From Balanoglossus misakiensis (lineage: Eukaryota; Animalia; Hemichordata), in NCBI GenBank assembly GCA_040954595.2, contig CM082579.2, positions 6,437,625 through 6,501,624 on the forward strand: a stretch of 64,000 nt of DNA, in the 5' to 3' direction. The notes beneath the pieces are model-generated. The model saw only the letters and a program-made list of their open reading frames with translations. It ran no database searches and had not been told where the DNA came from. Shown in pieces: positions 13,539 to 28,404 of the stretch. Within the stretch, counting starts at the first letter, position 1; each line of letters opens with the position of its first letter. The translations under genes and the position numbers were made by a program.

Positions 13539-13935
13539 ATTTACAGCTTACAACTATTCAACATTACCGTCAGTAAACTTACGTCGCCTTCATTTTCACG
13601 CATATATCGTGCATCTCTGCCGCTCACCTCATGTACTTCGTCCACGCTCGCGACATCTATCGCGACCTTTCAACCCAGATCTGCCAGATCACAATGACCT
13701 GGAACCACATATTATTCCGCGAATAATATCTTGGAAGCATCGCTTACAACTCTATTCATTACTGTTGACGTTATGTTCTGTAATATTATCTTTGCCGACT
13801 CTGGTTGCTAAAAGTCATCGGGAAGTCAGAAATGTTTAATCAAAGGGGGTTTATTTCGCCTGTGCGTAATAATACCATTTAAAGGGATGGTGGTCATTAA
13901 ACACCCGGAAGTGATTTACCGGCGAGTGTTGAAGT
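13539..13935. promoter_or_regulatory. Probable bidirectional promoter of SLC25A43 / UFSP2
   Basis: Divergent ATGs about 400 bp apart. ETS/GABP-type CCGGAAGTG at 13905-13913. Confidence 0.6.
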
Positions 13936-14189
13936 ATGGAAGGTACAATCAAAATTTTTCGTGACAGTGTGTTGCAGGTGAGAACTAAGGTTTTACATAG
14001 TGTTTTCATCGATATATGTGTGTGAACGGTACTTAACATACTTGTTGTTGACATCAAACGTGTAACCAGTGTGAAAGCTTGTGGTGATGCGAGTGTTGCC
14101 TTTCTAAGTTGCTGTCATCAATTCACATCATCATTCCATCCATATGGAACAGTCTGTGGACGAACGGTCCATGTACGGGATGGCTTTCC

Positions 14190-14287
<98 letters not shown>

Positions 14288-17200
14288 AGTTGTGATCAGT
14301 GACATGACCAGTGTTTATTTCAACAGAGATTGCAACTGTACAGGCCCACAGAGGATGACAGTGATGGTGCTCTGGGATTTCTGATCAGTGTGTCCACAAA
14401 GCATGGTACATTTGTGACCAGTTGTGCTGCCTGTCTTCAGTCACAGTATCTGAGTGATGAACTGAAGAAGACGCAGTATCTTCTTCCTGCTGGTGAGGAG
14501 ATAATCATTATAAAGTTGATGTAGAGACTAAGAATGAGAGAATGAATTTTTATTTGTTTTTTCAAAGAATCATACTTGTCAGTTCAAAAGTATGTCACAC
14601 TATGAGCACTGAGGCAACAAATCTGTCTAATTAAATTTAGACACACCAGTTAGTAACTGTAACAATACCCATTTTCCTTTCTTTCTTTATGTAATAGGTC
14701 TGGAGATATGTGGATTGTTTTACACAGACAAAGGACCGCCTGATCCAGCAACTGTACTCAGAAAATGTAAACGACTGGTGTCAAGTCAGTGTCAGGTACA
14801 ACAGAAGAAATCAAACACGTGTTATTTAGAGGAGTGACCAATCAGCATTTGGTTGAAATTGCCGAATTTCATTGTCTTTCTTGTTAATTCTATATGTTTT
14901 GGAGTACGTTGCACTTGGGTATAAGGTCAACAGTGGAGCAAGGGGGATAAAATTTGATACAGCATTTATATAAGAACCAATTATAAATATAATAAAATTA
15001 ATAAATATTATCAATCTCTTGTAGGCGATGCTTAGCGTGGACAAACTCTTGGTACTGCATGTAGAAAATGGTTCACAGGACATCAGTGAAAGTAATTTCT
15101 TCTGCTATCACTTGGACAGAAACCGGGTGGACAGCTATGATGTTGAAATTATTGATGATGTCAACTTGCAAGATGAACTATTGATGTTCCGAATCCAAGC
15201 AACTTTGACGTTGGAGTGCGAATTTGAAAATGGCAAAGGTCAGCCAATAAACTTGTCTATTTCATGACATCTGTTATGTTTTGCATTCGGGAGCATTTTT
15301 TTGCTTTCAGCACAAAGATTATTACTGATACCCAACTGTCAAACTTTTCCCATCCTGACAAGTTTGTAAGGTACCTCATCAAGGTGATTCTGTTCATTGT
15401 TTTCACAACAGACATTCTGGCAGGACTCGCAGCTGCATCGCAAAGTTTACAAAACAAAGTATGCTACAGCAACACAGTGTACCACGTCACCAACAGTAAC
15501 GTTCTCATGCAGTCCAATCAAGATGGCAGTGGGGCATCCTTCACAGAAATCACGGCAGACTCTTCTTGTGAGAGAATATTAGATTGCATTCGTACGGAAG
15601 ATGAAGATGGCTTTGATGTTCCTGGTATGAAAGGAAAAGCTGGGCGGAAAGCAAGCAAGAAATCAACACAAGGAAAAGTTGTGCGTACAAATACTTTAGT
15701 TGTGTATTAAATCCTAAAAGGGTGTGATATAACAATACAGTTTTCATAATTTTATTATACTTATGAATGGCTTTGCTTTGCGAATCTCATCATGGTGTTG
15801 TAATTCCAGTATACAGCGGAGATTTTTCTAACGCTTGACCTTTGAACTTTCAGGAGAGTGTGAAGATTCAGCTGCTTTCAAATTGGAGTGAGAACATCAC
15901 TAACGTTCCAAACAGTACACCAGTACTTCATTACAAACAAAGTATGTAGCATCCATTAACTGAAGAACCCCCCCCCCATTGCACTTATAATGGACTGGCC
16001 CTATCACATGAACAAGAAGAAAAATTTGTAAGAAAGTGGACAGGGATAATATATTATCTGCTCAAAAGGACCAACGTAAAATTATTTTTCAAACAAAAAG
16101 TGTTTTCTGTTTGCACACATCTTCAAGTATGGTCTGTTCAACTGATTGATTTACTTTTCTTTTGCATTTTTTTCAGGGAATTACCACCAAATAGATATCC
16201 ATTTACCAATCAACGTAGTAGCTATTTCTGACAAGGGTTCCCCCACTTCATCATTACCTAGGCTGTTTTCCCGCGGAATTTGCAATCAAATTAAATCAAT
16301 GGAGGAATGCTTACTTTTGTACAACAAGGTTGGTATTCAGTGACAGTAGATTCAGAATTCCTTTCCATGATACCAAATTATGTTATTAAAAAGATAGATG
16401 ATTGACTTTGAAAAAAGTTCAAAAAGTTTCAGTCTCATTAATATTCTGTTTCATTCCAGGAAACTGAATTTCTCATTCCAGAGGTGTATCACTTTCAACT
16501 TCCCGGTTTTCCGCATCTTGTGTCAACGGTATATCCACAGAGCAAAACTGAAGAGGAGCTAGGTATGATTGTATATTTGCACCTGTCAACTTAGAGGTGA
16601 ATCAAATCTGCTGTCTCTCTTTGCATTAACCGAGATGTACATCAGTTTTCATAACAAACCACCATAGTAACATGTAATACTCAGTGACAGATTTTCTATG
16701 GTGATATAATTACAAGTGTATGTAATTTTTGTTTTCTCTCGCATCAACAGAATCTCAGCGTCAAGCCTTGCACTCTAGACTGTTATTGCCCCTGACCAGG
16801 CCACTCTTCAGGAGGGCAAATAGACATGTATTTACAGATGATCCGGCAAGAGATTTCTACTTGAAGAACACTCACGTTGGATTAGCGCCATCAGGAGGTA
16901 AGATACGAAGATGTAAAGTATGCCAGAAAGACAGGCAGAGAAAGACAGACAGATGGATAGATTAAAAATGGGATAAATATTGTTCTTTAGAATTTGTTTT
17001 GGTGATAATTTCTCAGGTTATTACTGTTCAATTTTTTTTTCATATGGCCAAATTATTTTTATTTAACTTTAGTAACCGATGGAGACGTGTCCATGGTCCA
17101 TGGCACCTATGCTTACCATCACTACATGCAAGATAGGATGGATGACAACGGATGGGGATGTGCATACCGATCACTGCAGACAATCTGTTCATGGTTTAGG

Positions 17201-18348
17201 CTTCAAGGCTACACCGAGGAACCAATACCGACACATCGAGAAATACAACAGGTATTGATTTAACATGCTGTTGTAAAGCCTTTATGATCATTGATTTATA
17301 TCATCAGGTATAACAGTACAGTGAAACCTGTCACCTCACCACAAAGATTTCATGTACATTATACTAAACTGACGGGAGGCATGTCTCATTTTCATTTTCA
17401 GGCCCTTGTTGATGTTGATGATAAACCTGCAAAGTTTGTGGGCAGTAGACAATGGATAGGCTCCATAGAAGTCAGTGCATGTCTGGATAAACTTTTAGGT
17501 GTAAGTGTAAAAGTCTTTACACGGTTCTAATTCTCTGCTTGAAAAGAATATGTGATTGTATCCATATTTAAGATATTTATCCATATATAAGACATTTACT
17601 GCAAGCTGCTTTATAACTAGCTTCAGGTGCTAATATTGCAACTCGCACATTCCAAAAACAGGTAACTTCCAAGATCATGTTCGTGAGCAACGGGGCTGAG
17701 TTGGCAAACAAAGGACGAGAACTTGCTGTACATTTTCAGACGCAGGGGACTCCAATAATGATTGGTAAGCTTGCACACAATAAAAAATTCTAATATCAAA
17801 TTATAAGTCTAGATTATTTTTCTGAAGTGGTAATAATACTTTTAGGTATGCGTTCTGACATTCTCATAATGTCCCCTATAATAACTGCTCTGATTGGCGT
17901 GAGAAAGCATGAGAATTTAACAAGATTGGTTCTCCTTCAATGATCATTTTATTTTGTGTGCCAGGTGGCGGAGTCTTGGCCCACACCATACTGGGTGTTG
18001 ATTTCAGCCGGACGAGTGGTGAAGTCAAATTCCTGATATTGGACCCGCACTACACTGGCGACGAGGATCTCAAAATAATACAAGACAAGGTAAAGATGCC
18101 GGCCAGTTCCTTAAAAGTTGGATCAGGCTACCACAAGATGATGATTTTCCCTGTTAAGACACCCTCATAGTCAGGGCTTGCACAAGGTAACAGCACCTGT
18201 ATTCATTTCATGTAAAAGATCACTGCATCATGACCTCCATTCTTCTCTTGTTTTGCTCCAGGGTTGGTGTGGATGGAAAGGCATCGATTTCTGGGACCAG
18301 ACTGCATATTACAACTTGTGTATGCCTCAGAGACCAATCATGATCTGA
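13936..18348 (+). CDS. UFSP2: UFM1-specific protease 2
   Basis: Exons 13936-13977, 14327-14492, 14698-14795, 15025-15238, 15412-15680, 15854-15941, 16177-16328, 16460-16562, 16751-16897, 17073-17251, 17402-17500, 17662-17764, 17965-18089, 18262-18348. Peptidase C78 motifs [63 protein letters not shown]…[10 protein letters not shown]. The 5' exons are less certain than the 3' exons. Confidence 0.93.
14190..14287. repeat. (ATC)32 microsatellite in UFSP2 intron 1
   Basis: Perfect ATC run at 14191-14286. Confidence 0.97.
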
Positions 18349-21105
18349 GAATCGTGGCACGAACCAACCGACAGAGAGATACCCGATCATGTTTTCCTTG
18401 AAATTGAAGTCGACCAATTTAAATAAGGACATTACAGCACACATTAAAAATTTTGAAATTTCCTTCCTTGTGTTTTGTCCATTATTCAAATCATGAACTG
18501 AACTGAATTTGGGGAAAATGCGTGAATGGTGTAATCGTACATTGGCAGATATAGATCGAAGTGCAATTAATAGTCTGCCTGTATGTAAACCTGGTCTGTG
18601 GCTGGAGTTGTATTTTTGCCAAGCGTGTGTGTCTCTCTCTCTCTCTCTCTGCAGTTCATTTACAGTATCAAGCATAGTTTGGTTGACCCTTGACATACGA
18701 AAACATGATTAATGGGGTCTGATGGGCATTTTCACATTGTCATTGAGTTTTATTCTTGGCTGATTATCTCTTTGAGTCCTGTGCCGTCCTATCGGTAGGA
18801 CCTTGAAACTGATCCAAGCTTTGACGTAACAGGACAGAATACGATAAGCCTTGACATTCCACATTCCTAACCGCTTGTAACTCACACTATTCTTTTGTTT
18901 CCTGCCGACCACTGAAGGACGTTAGTTGGAATAGATGTCACACTTTCCTATCGTACATGTATATACCGGTAGCTTTGAAGTGAGCTTTGGAGTGCAAGCT
19001 GCAACTCTGAAATTTGTTGACCTAAAATAGGTTTATCAGCTAACCTTGAAATTAAATGATATAACAGCAACATATTCTAGTTTCATACAACTAAAAACTT
19101 GATTTGCATTACTTTGATCACACGATCTTGCAATGAGGTGAAATTGATCTATTGTGCCACAAAGAAAAGCAACTTTTCCAGTATTGCCAACAGACAGCAA
19201 CACATAACGCCCGACCATTTCCGGCAAATGACAGCACACTGATAGACCAGCCGTTGATGAAACTTGTTTTATTTTGAATTTGTCCCTACATGATACAAGA
19301 CTAAAGGATATCAAGAGTATGAGATTTATTTACAGGATGAAAAGAAAAAATCTAGCAGGGATAAAAGTACACCACTCCTTTCAACGTAACACCTCGCTCA
19401 GTCATAAATAAAACACTCATCAAATAAATTAAACATGATTTTTTCCTTGGTTGTCATTATAGGGGTGGGGGTTCCAAGTCAGAAGCATGGCACATGCACA
19501 GGAAGTGGAGCTGGTCTAAACCATTTGCAAGGGGGGGGGGGTGAAGCCTTAATGCTTGTGTACAAACAAATATGTACATTCCTAATGTTATATAAGCACC
19601 ACTCGGATGCATGTACTTGATACTAAGTTTGATAATATTGAATAGTTTGGTTGACCCTACCAATCTATGGATGACTATCGCAAAACTTTCTGGGGATTTG
19701 TTTTATGTTAGTAAGACTGGCACCCTAAAGGTGGCAACATTTTACGTAATTATTTAATACACACAATCTAACCGGCTCCTCCTCATTTCAATGAATGCAA
19801 ATCTTACTACATGGAAGCACTGTGATGCAGCCAAGGTTCAGGGAGATGTTTGTCAAGCAAAACAAGTCCATCTCCAAAAATAAATGTCTCAGTACTTATG
19901 CTTGTAGCCAACAATGATCTAAAGGGGAGGGAGACACCCCCCCCCCCCTGCCTTGTGAATGGTATGACCTATACCACCCCCCTAAGTGAACCATGTTCCT
20001 GACTCAATCTCCATGTAACAATAAGGATAACCTCGGAAAGAATGAAGTAATCGATTTGATTCTGCTATCAGTCAGCCTGAAACTGAGTGGCATGTGTGCA
20101 CAAGACGAAAGAAAATATGAGCAATGCTGTCTCTTCTGTTAAATTTGAATTTCACACCAAGAGAGACTTGAACACCCAGCGCAAAAAAGACTACTCTCTT
20201 GATACTGGCAGTAGACAAAAAAATGCGTGTGTGTGTATTTATCAACCAACCTGACACCGACTTGTCAATGTACAAATTCATGCAACATGAGAAAATGCTG
20301 ACACAAGGAAAATGGGGCCGTACCCAGTCAGTCTCAACTCAATGTGGGTGTCCATCTATCACCTACCCCCAATGATTTCAAATCAAAAAACAGTCCTTTG
20401 AAGATTTGCATAATTATAATATTTTAATAACTTTAGTAACCAACACAATGCAAACCCAGCGGGCGCGCACACACACAAGGGAGGGGGGAGGGGGGGGGGG
20501 TTGTTTAGTACACAGACATGTAATGTTCCTCACTGGGAGATAGCAGCTCTGGAGAGGTCTAAAACTCAAAAGAGAACCCTTACTTTTTATGAAATGATAC
20601 AAAGACCTCCGCTTTCTTCTTCTAAATTTTCGAAGAGTTTATATATTGTTACAGTTATAAATTACAATATTTGGCTTGTTTTGTGTAAGCACACACAGCA
20701 ACACATCTGCACCCATTAACAATTTTGCACAGTTGAAATCGTCGCTCAACTGTAGGCACCATCAAAGAAAGTCTCTCTCTCTCCTCTTCGCAGTCGCCGT
20801 TAAACACACAGCAACTTCTAATTTTTTTTTCTCAAACGAAGTCCGAGAGAACTACTTCAGCTCTCAGGTCAGAGTTCATAGGGCAAGTCCGCTGTGGCTC
20901 GCAGCTGGTGAAAAGAGTAGCCAAGTTCAAGGGAACATTTAAGTATAAAGGATCTCCGTAATTTTTTTGTTTTTGTAAGCTTGTCCATTCCATTACATAA
21001 TGTGCACGAGTCAGTAGTAAATATCACAATCTCTAGGGTTTTTCTTCACCCACTACTTTTCTTGGGTTTTTATTTTTTTTCTTCCTCTCTCTTGCACAGC
21101 GGCTA

Positions 21106-24100
21106 TCACGAGGAGGTATCCATCCAACTTTGTTCCACTATAGCGGTAACTCTCTTTTCGTATTCCCTTCTGTTTTCCTGGTACAACTGAGCTGCTTGAC
21201 TGTTTGCCGGGCTGTTCGGATTTGGTTCGTCCAGTAGTGACTGTAACAAGCACAAAGTCAAGAACACGACACAAATCTAATGAGACCACAGGAATCCAGC
21301 TTACAGAGTTACGGTGTGACATACATGTATGGGGGTTTTCATGATTCAAATGTTTGAAATGCTTGGTCACTAATATTTCAGCACAACAGGCGAGATGTAC
21401 ACATTTAGGTTAAAACCCAGAAATAACACATCATTTGAATATTTTATATTGTGTGTCTGCACATGTATGATTGATATAAATGGAGCCCTGGCAACCAAGC
21501 GTCCCCACATCTCATAGAAATATATATAGAAAACACCTCAGACATGAAGCATAACCAACCAAAATGTCAAAAGTGGAAATCTTTCCTTGTTCCCTTTACA
21601 TGGAATAACACATTTAAATAACCTCTGTCAAAAACCTATAAATTGAAACAGGACGTGTTTCTCAGTTTCACTACATCCCAAATTGCGTTTTTCTATGCTA
21701 CCACTAGCCAAAGACCAGTGGAAAAATGCCAACTGGTTCTGTCTTCGGACCTACCTGTATTGACGTTAATATTGCTGAAACATCGTAAGTGGGGCTCCAA
21801 CGATTTTGTAAGATATCCAAACATATGCTACCATCTGCATAAACTGTAAGAAAAGAAGAACACAATAGGCTGATAGCACAGGAGTGGTTGGATATTTGTC
21901 ACTTTTTTCGTGAACTGATAAATATCCTTGCTAGTCCCCAGACTCTCTTTACTAATTGAACTGCAGATAAATCACACGCTAATACAACTCACAGAGTGGC
22001 AAATCTGTTTCTGACACAAGATTCAAATCAGGCCATTTGAGTCCCAGCCGAGTGCACAATGGTTAAAACCAGGTGATCAATCAAATGGCTAACTGTGAGG
22101 GGGTCAAAATAAAAGCCTACACAGGGAATATGCATGCAACGTTACAGTTGGATGGCAGAATAGAATAGTCAGCTTGAAAATACCCAAGTTCAAAGCTGCA
22201 TCAAGTGCAAAGAACATCAAATTTACATGTACATGTACTTTGCCGCACAGTCTATAAGATTCTTATCTCAGCATGTAAGTGCCCCCAAGTTCTGTTATTT
22301 GTCGACCATAACAAAAGTAAGCGAGAATTAATTTTATGTCTGTGCCACATATAAACAATGTACTCTGGGTGAGATTTTGTGAAAATGCTGCACCATTTAA
22401 AAAATATATTTACATGTTACCACACCTAACCTTCTTCAATAGTAATTTCTGTTATAATAACAATTAGATGGCCACAATGAGATACCATATTGCAACCATA
22501 TAGAACATGCATGCATCTCACTGGAAGCATTGTATGACTCAATGTTACGTAAGGTCCTGGTCTGTGGTCTTTACCACAGAAATACCACAACAATTGCGTG
22601 CTGGTATTTGCACAGCGTTCAGTAACAACATGTTACCTCATCCCCGATTTGAAAACACTGATAGGAACAGTGAATTTGAGTATGTACTGTTTTGTGACCC
22701 AGTTTTGACTGAACTTTTTTACTCACCATTTGGATGAAACATTTTAGAAATGAACCGAACCGTAGGCGGTTTGTTTGGGTATTCTTCTGTAAATTCTATC
22801 TGTAATTTAAAAGTACCTGCAACACACAAAAATACCAAAACATGTTACTATCATGCAATAACTTGTTTTGCATGTTTCCAGCTATTATTATTATTATCAT
22901 CTTTTTTTGGCATGTGATCCAAGTATTCAGAGTATAGTGAAGAAAAATCCATGCATAATGACAGAGGCTTGCAATTTTTATTTGCTGAATTACATTTAAA
23001 ATGCATGATCCATCAACTCCAACACAGCATGAAGCCCTTTGCTTCACACCCGAACCTATTCATCAGACTACCGCTGCATGGAATGTTTCTTTGTAACAAA
23101 TGCCAGTCACCATGGGCCACTGTAAATTGATGTTCTGGGCTTCCATGCATGACATGGAATGCTGATAAGCCCTCTTTTTGCATCATCAACTGTAGGGAGC
23201 TCTTGCAGTGACAACTCAACAGGAACAGAATGGTCAACTCAAACACAAAACAAAATGTAAACTTACCATCTTCAAAAGGTGTATCATGAGGCCTGAAACA
23301 AAGAATACAGCATGTTAGAACCTTTCGTGTGAAAATTTCCGGGGTTTAAATGTAGCTTACACATGCACCTTTGATGGACACACTGTAGTTTGCGAGAATG
23401 TAAATCATACATGATGGAATGGGAATACTCATGCGCATACATGTACATGTATTATTACTGTGAATTCCTCAATTAATTTAAGTCTGTCATTTGACAGACT
23501 GGACAGGAACAATTTGTGGTATCCACACTCTATCTTCTCTGAATACAACAAAACAGAAATAATGGCCACTCGCAAAAGAATTCTCTCTGAGATCTGACAA
23601 AAATTAGCGGAACTTACAATGCATCAAGGAAGCTTAGTGGTCGAGAATGCAAAGGTATTTTGGCATGGACTCAAATAAATTGTGCCAACTGAACAAATAT
23701 GGAAGCAATTGTCTCATTAGACCTTACATATTTAGATCAAAGCAGACATGGGAGTGGAGTAATGTATATGCTGCAGGATATGTGGAATATATAAACAAAC
23801 CCTGGATAATAACAGCGGTATATGATCACCATAAAATAGGAGGGGCCCTACAGATCCCCTTTTTAACATGGTGTCCTGGAGGAAACAACGTGTCCGCACT
23901 TTTCAAATTACCCGTAGTCTAGATGTGGTTTTGAAGAAGATCTGCAATATCACGCATGGATCCACCATATGTCAGTCACTCAGACTTGGTGGTGGGTACC
24001 ATAATTTGTGAAGTGCATTCACAAAAGAGATAGAAATGATGGCAAGGTGAAGTCAGACTGACCACAGGAATCTCTTTCTTATCAGTTGATAGTAAGTGGT

Positions 24101-25091
24101 CATGACAAGCCCTAGTGAGAGGCATGAAGCCAAAGCTGGACACTTGCTGTACCCATAGTGCTAGATCAGGACATAGTCATTATATCAGCGTGGTAAAACT
24201 GAAGAAGCCCTCTATATCTGGACTGAATGACTGGGGTATGCCCCATGGCAAACAAAAGTGGAAGCAGGCCATATCACAAGACATGATGGTCCATCAAGGC
24301 GACCGGAAGTACATGTGACCAGACTTGAAAGTTTACTAACAATGCGTCACATGCACGCATGATGAAATAGACATCTACGTCACTCACTCGTGTGGTCAAA
24401 AATAAAGCCACAGACAAAAGGAGAACTGCTAAAAAGTACCGTTAGCTGAGAAAATTTCTCTTTGGCTATCAATGTTATACACGTACCATAAAAATGAACA
24501 GAACACACCTGAAGGCAGAATGAAACACTATGTAAACAATATTGTCATTTTGATGTGTCAACATCATGTTCTATCTGACGACGCGTTCGTCGCACACAGC
24601 AGACGAACAATGCCGAACTTGCTTACAAGGGAGAACGCGCAAAACTACAACTATGTGATTATTGTCATAATCAAATTCCTGCACTATTTTTAGTGAATGG
24701 CCAAGCCCACGTAACGATATAAGGCATCTATTGATGATGTATTTCCGAGCATTTCGCAAGTCATTTTGAGCCTGGTTCATGAGGGAAACTCACCCAAATA
24801 TGACAGCATTCCATAACATTATATTATTTTCCGAAGGGGCACCACTAACACCCGCTGGAGGGTCTTCTTGTAACCTGTAAAATAAGGAAAGAAGCTTTAC
24901 AAAACGGATAGTGTCGTAAAATATTGTGTAAATGACGTGACATAACGCATTCGAACAGACGTAGGTCCGCCATGTTGGCTCTCCTTCACCGGTCAAAACA
25001 AACAGCGAACACAATGCAGAATTCAGAGCTCCAAATGCTAATCTTACCTTTTGAAATCCCTCATTAACCGCCTTCTAGCCGGAGTTGACAT
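21106..25091 (-). CDS. UBE2A: Ubiquitin-conjugating enzyme E2 Rad6 (UBE2A/UBE2B)
   Basis: Exons 25091-25048, 24874-24794, 23292-23267, 22816-22727, 21843-21755, 21240-21106. Translation [55 protein letters not shown]…[26 protein letters not shown]…[27 protein letters not shown]. Confidence 0.98.
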
Positions 25092-25222
25092 TATTGAGTA
25101 AAATAAGACTTGTATAACTACGAATTCTGCACTAAATGCGCTGTACAATAGAAATAAAATAGGTGAATTTCCTCCTCTCCGCTTGTCTCTTGCCCGTATT
25201 ACTCAAGGCCCGTTGTGGTGTG

Positions 25223-25239
25223 TGACGTCATACATCCGG
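25223..25239. promoter_or_regulatory. CRE (TGACGTCA) plus ETS-like site upstream of UBE2A
   Basis: Perfect palindrome TGACGTCA at 25223-25230, next to ACATCCGG, about 130 bp upstream of the ATG. Confidence 0.5.
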
Positions 25240-28200
25240 GTAATTTCTTTGTGTCAAAATACCGAACGTCATTTACCCACAATGCACTACGGGAATTCTG
25301 ACTTTCGACATGTTTTGATATGAGAGGTGCTGCATGCTGTCCCAATTGTCTCTCTCTCTTTTCAGTCTGGTCAACCATTTTTGTTGACAAATAATATAAC
25401 ACACAATTTAATAACGACCCAATCATTGCATGGTATTTAATATATTTATTAATTTTCCCCATAACAAAACAGTACGCAATATCATTCAAAATGACAAAAG
25501 GTGCGATCAAAAAGGTTTCCACAGCAGTGATAAAAGACACTTCATAAAAAAATTAACATATGTACAAAAGTGCTCATTTCTAAGCGTACAATAAACTAAA
25601 GGATTGTGAGTGGTTGGTGTCAAAAGAGTTGATATGAATCTCACAGTCCACACACACATGCAGACAGACATACAAGTAGATACACCAAAAGGAGACTCGA
25701 GAGGGCTCCCTTGCATTCACTCAGTTGGCAGATGGAGACGCCCTTCTCCACTCTTATAAAAACTCTTTCACATCAATGATAAACACATAACACATTCCCT
25801 GGCAGTTCCTCAAAGTGAGTAAAGTCTACAGTATAAATCCACGAATAAGTTAGTTTGATCTTGACATCATTTTTTGTGCACACACTGGTGTCTTAAATTG
25901 AAAAAGGTGATCGCGTGTGAATTTATCACACAGTGTGCCAAAAGTGACATACAGTGGCCTTTTAAACTGCAATCACACAGAGGATGACAAAGACCTTTAG
26001 TAACAATTTTATTTAAAAACTTTTCTTACCAAAAAGAAGAGTACATTTAATAAACCCAATTAAAACTAGGGCATAGAGTATCTGATTACAGACAGTGAGT
26101 AGATTTCTTCACAATCTAGAAATTAAATAAATTCAGTCACAACTATATTTCTGATTATTCATTTCATCATGGCAGACTTGGCAAATTTAAAATATCACAG
26201 ATAGTATGCTGTTCTTGTGTGCTTTTAATATGTTTAAAAATATTAAAATTCTTGATTAAATATGGACATAATGTAAAAACTGTACAGAACTGTGTTGAGG
26301 CAAAACTCTCAAAATTGAAATATTTATGAAGTTTCTTAAAATGTTAAGTTAAGATTTCTTCAGATAAAAGTATACATGACTCGAGTCAGAAAAAAAAAAC
26401 AATCTTTCAAACCACACATACATGTATCTTAACACATTCTCTCTTGTCCCATACAATGTGCTCTCTTTAAAAAATAAACTGCAGTAAGTTTTGAATAAAA
26501 TAAATTGTAAAAATAAATTTTGAAACTTCTCCAGGTAAACTTCAAGTTCATATAACCTGGTGGCTGGTAGTAACTTCGTATGAGCTATTTATTTAAAAAC
26601 TACAGTATTGCGTATTTTTGATTGCGTTATAGTGAATTCTTCATCATAAATCTGCAAAATATCCACCTGTAGTAGAAAATTCTTCGTGAACAACAGACCA
26701 GACCTGGAATATGTACGTAGTGTCTTATGTTGAAGGACGGAACACCCAAAAAAAAGTCATCACCACTGGAGGAAACAAATTGAGTCTGCGATGGTTGACA
26801 TGAGGTGTGTTTGTTGGGAAAATACTGCACCCACTTGTCTGTTTCCTCCAATTATGATACAATAGACTGCAGTCAATGACAGAACTTGCAAAACAAGTAC
26901 TGGATACATAGGACAGAAAGTGAGCAATTAAGTACAATTTTCGTATTCAAAAGAATACTTCTGTGCAAAAAAAAAAATTAAAAGGCCAAAGTTTGCACTT
27001 TGTCTAAAATCTGATAAAGGGCTCTACATAAGTAATCTATAAAAACAAAAATAAACCTCTCAACTATATGATCTAATATGAAATAAACTTTGCAATATAA
27101 AACTATCTAACAAAAATACATAAATGCTCTACTAGGAAAGATCACGCAGTACTTTACAAGGCTTAAAATTACCACTTCATCTAAAAACACTATTAGATAT
27201 ACATGTATCAAAAAGTCGTCATATCACGATGAAAAACAACTAGTATATATAAAAAACTGTAGACAAAAACAAAAATATTTTGTGCTTTAAAACTGTTTCA
27301 CCCAAAGAACTGCAAAAGTATTGTTTGATTTCAGTTATTTGGATTTCGTTTGCATACGTGTGGCTGTGTAAAATATTAAACCAGTAGCACTTTTGATTAG
27401 CAAACTTTGTGGTCAGTCAATTTTTCCACACGGGCAAAAAAAAAATATGCTATAAATATTAATAATCTTTGATATTTTAAGAGGTTGCTTCAATCCTCAC
27501 CACACTGCTAGGACCCGACCCATTTTTCTCGGTGGAACAGTCAAACTCTCATTAAAAACAATACTAGGATCAGACCACACTATGCTGGTGAAATGGGTGA
27601 AACGCTCTCAGAGATATAGGTGGGGGGGGGGATCTTTGTTGCCTTTGAATTGTGCTTGCGCAAGGTATTCCAAGCCATCACTGACACCCTTTCCCCAACA
27701 TGGTTTGGTCCAAATCCATTGCTTTTCATGGTAAAGTTGGACCTCAAAAGAGGAAAGTGGGGTAGTTTGAAGGGTTAAAACACAGGACCACACACATGCA
27801 CACACAAGATTCACAGAGCAAATATACCACAGCCTCCAAAAGACCTTTTACACACCAGTAATCAGGGGGTGCCACAGTCAATGCCATGATAGAGTTACAA
27901 TGTAAGCACTTGGGAATACCTTGCAAGGTAAATAATACAACTATCGACGAGTAACACCCCAAGATGTTTTCTGATGAAATGAGACAAATAAGTGTCCCAT
28001 ACTATGTAGATTCCTGCAATATGCAGTGAAAATTAACCTGTTGAGATAAAGGTGAACAGATCAATGCTAGCATTTTGTTACATGTAATGATCATATATGT
28101 AGTTCAAGATGCTTGCTGTGTCACGTTTTTTGTACATTTCACTGAAAGTTCCATGACTTTCGAGGATTTTTTCCAGCGACTTCCCGGGAAATTTCGAGCT

Positions 28201-28404
28201 CCGGAAATGCTTCTTTCCAGTAGTGGTTATGCAGTAGTCACTGTCACTCATTTGTCAGCGTTTTTTACGACAAGTGCCACTTCCCAGAAGTGAATTTTGA
28301 TTTTCACAGAACTTTCAAAAGGGATATCAAAAATCTCATCAGCCTTCAGAAATCACAGTAATGCTTTGGACAGACATTCCTCTCTTTTTGATTGCTTTTC
28401 AGTT

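Noticed and set aside
12801-14384. ORFs with poly-Met, poly-His or poly-Ile tracts, including the His-rich tail of ORF 12849-13538
   Set aside because: These are translations of intronic (ATG)/(ATC) microsatellites. The SLC25A43 exon ends at a clear donor at 13013.
19325-19412. Opposing AATAAA signals suggesting overlapping UFSP2 and UBE2A 3' UTRs
   Set aside because: Such hexamers are frequent in AT-rich sequence and cannot be assigned without 3'-end data.
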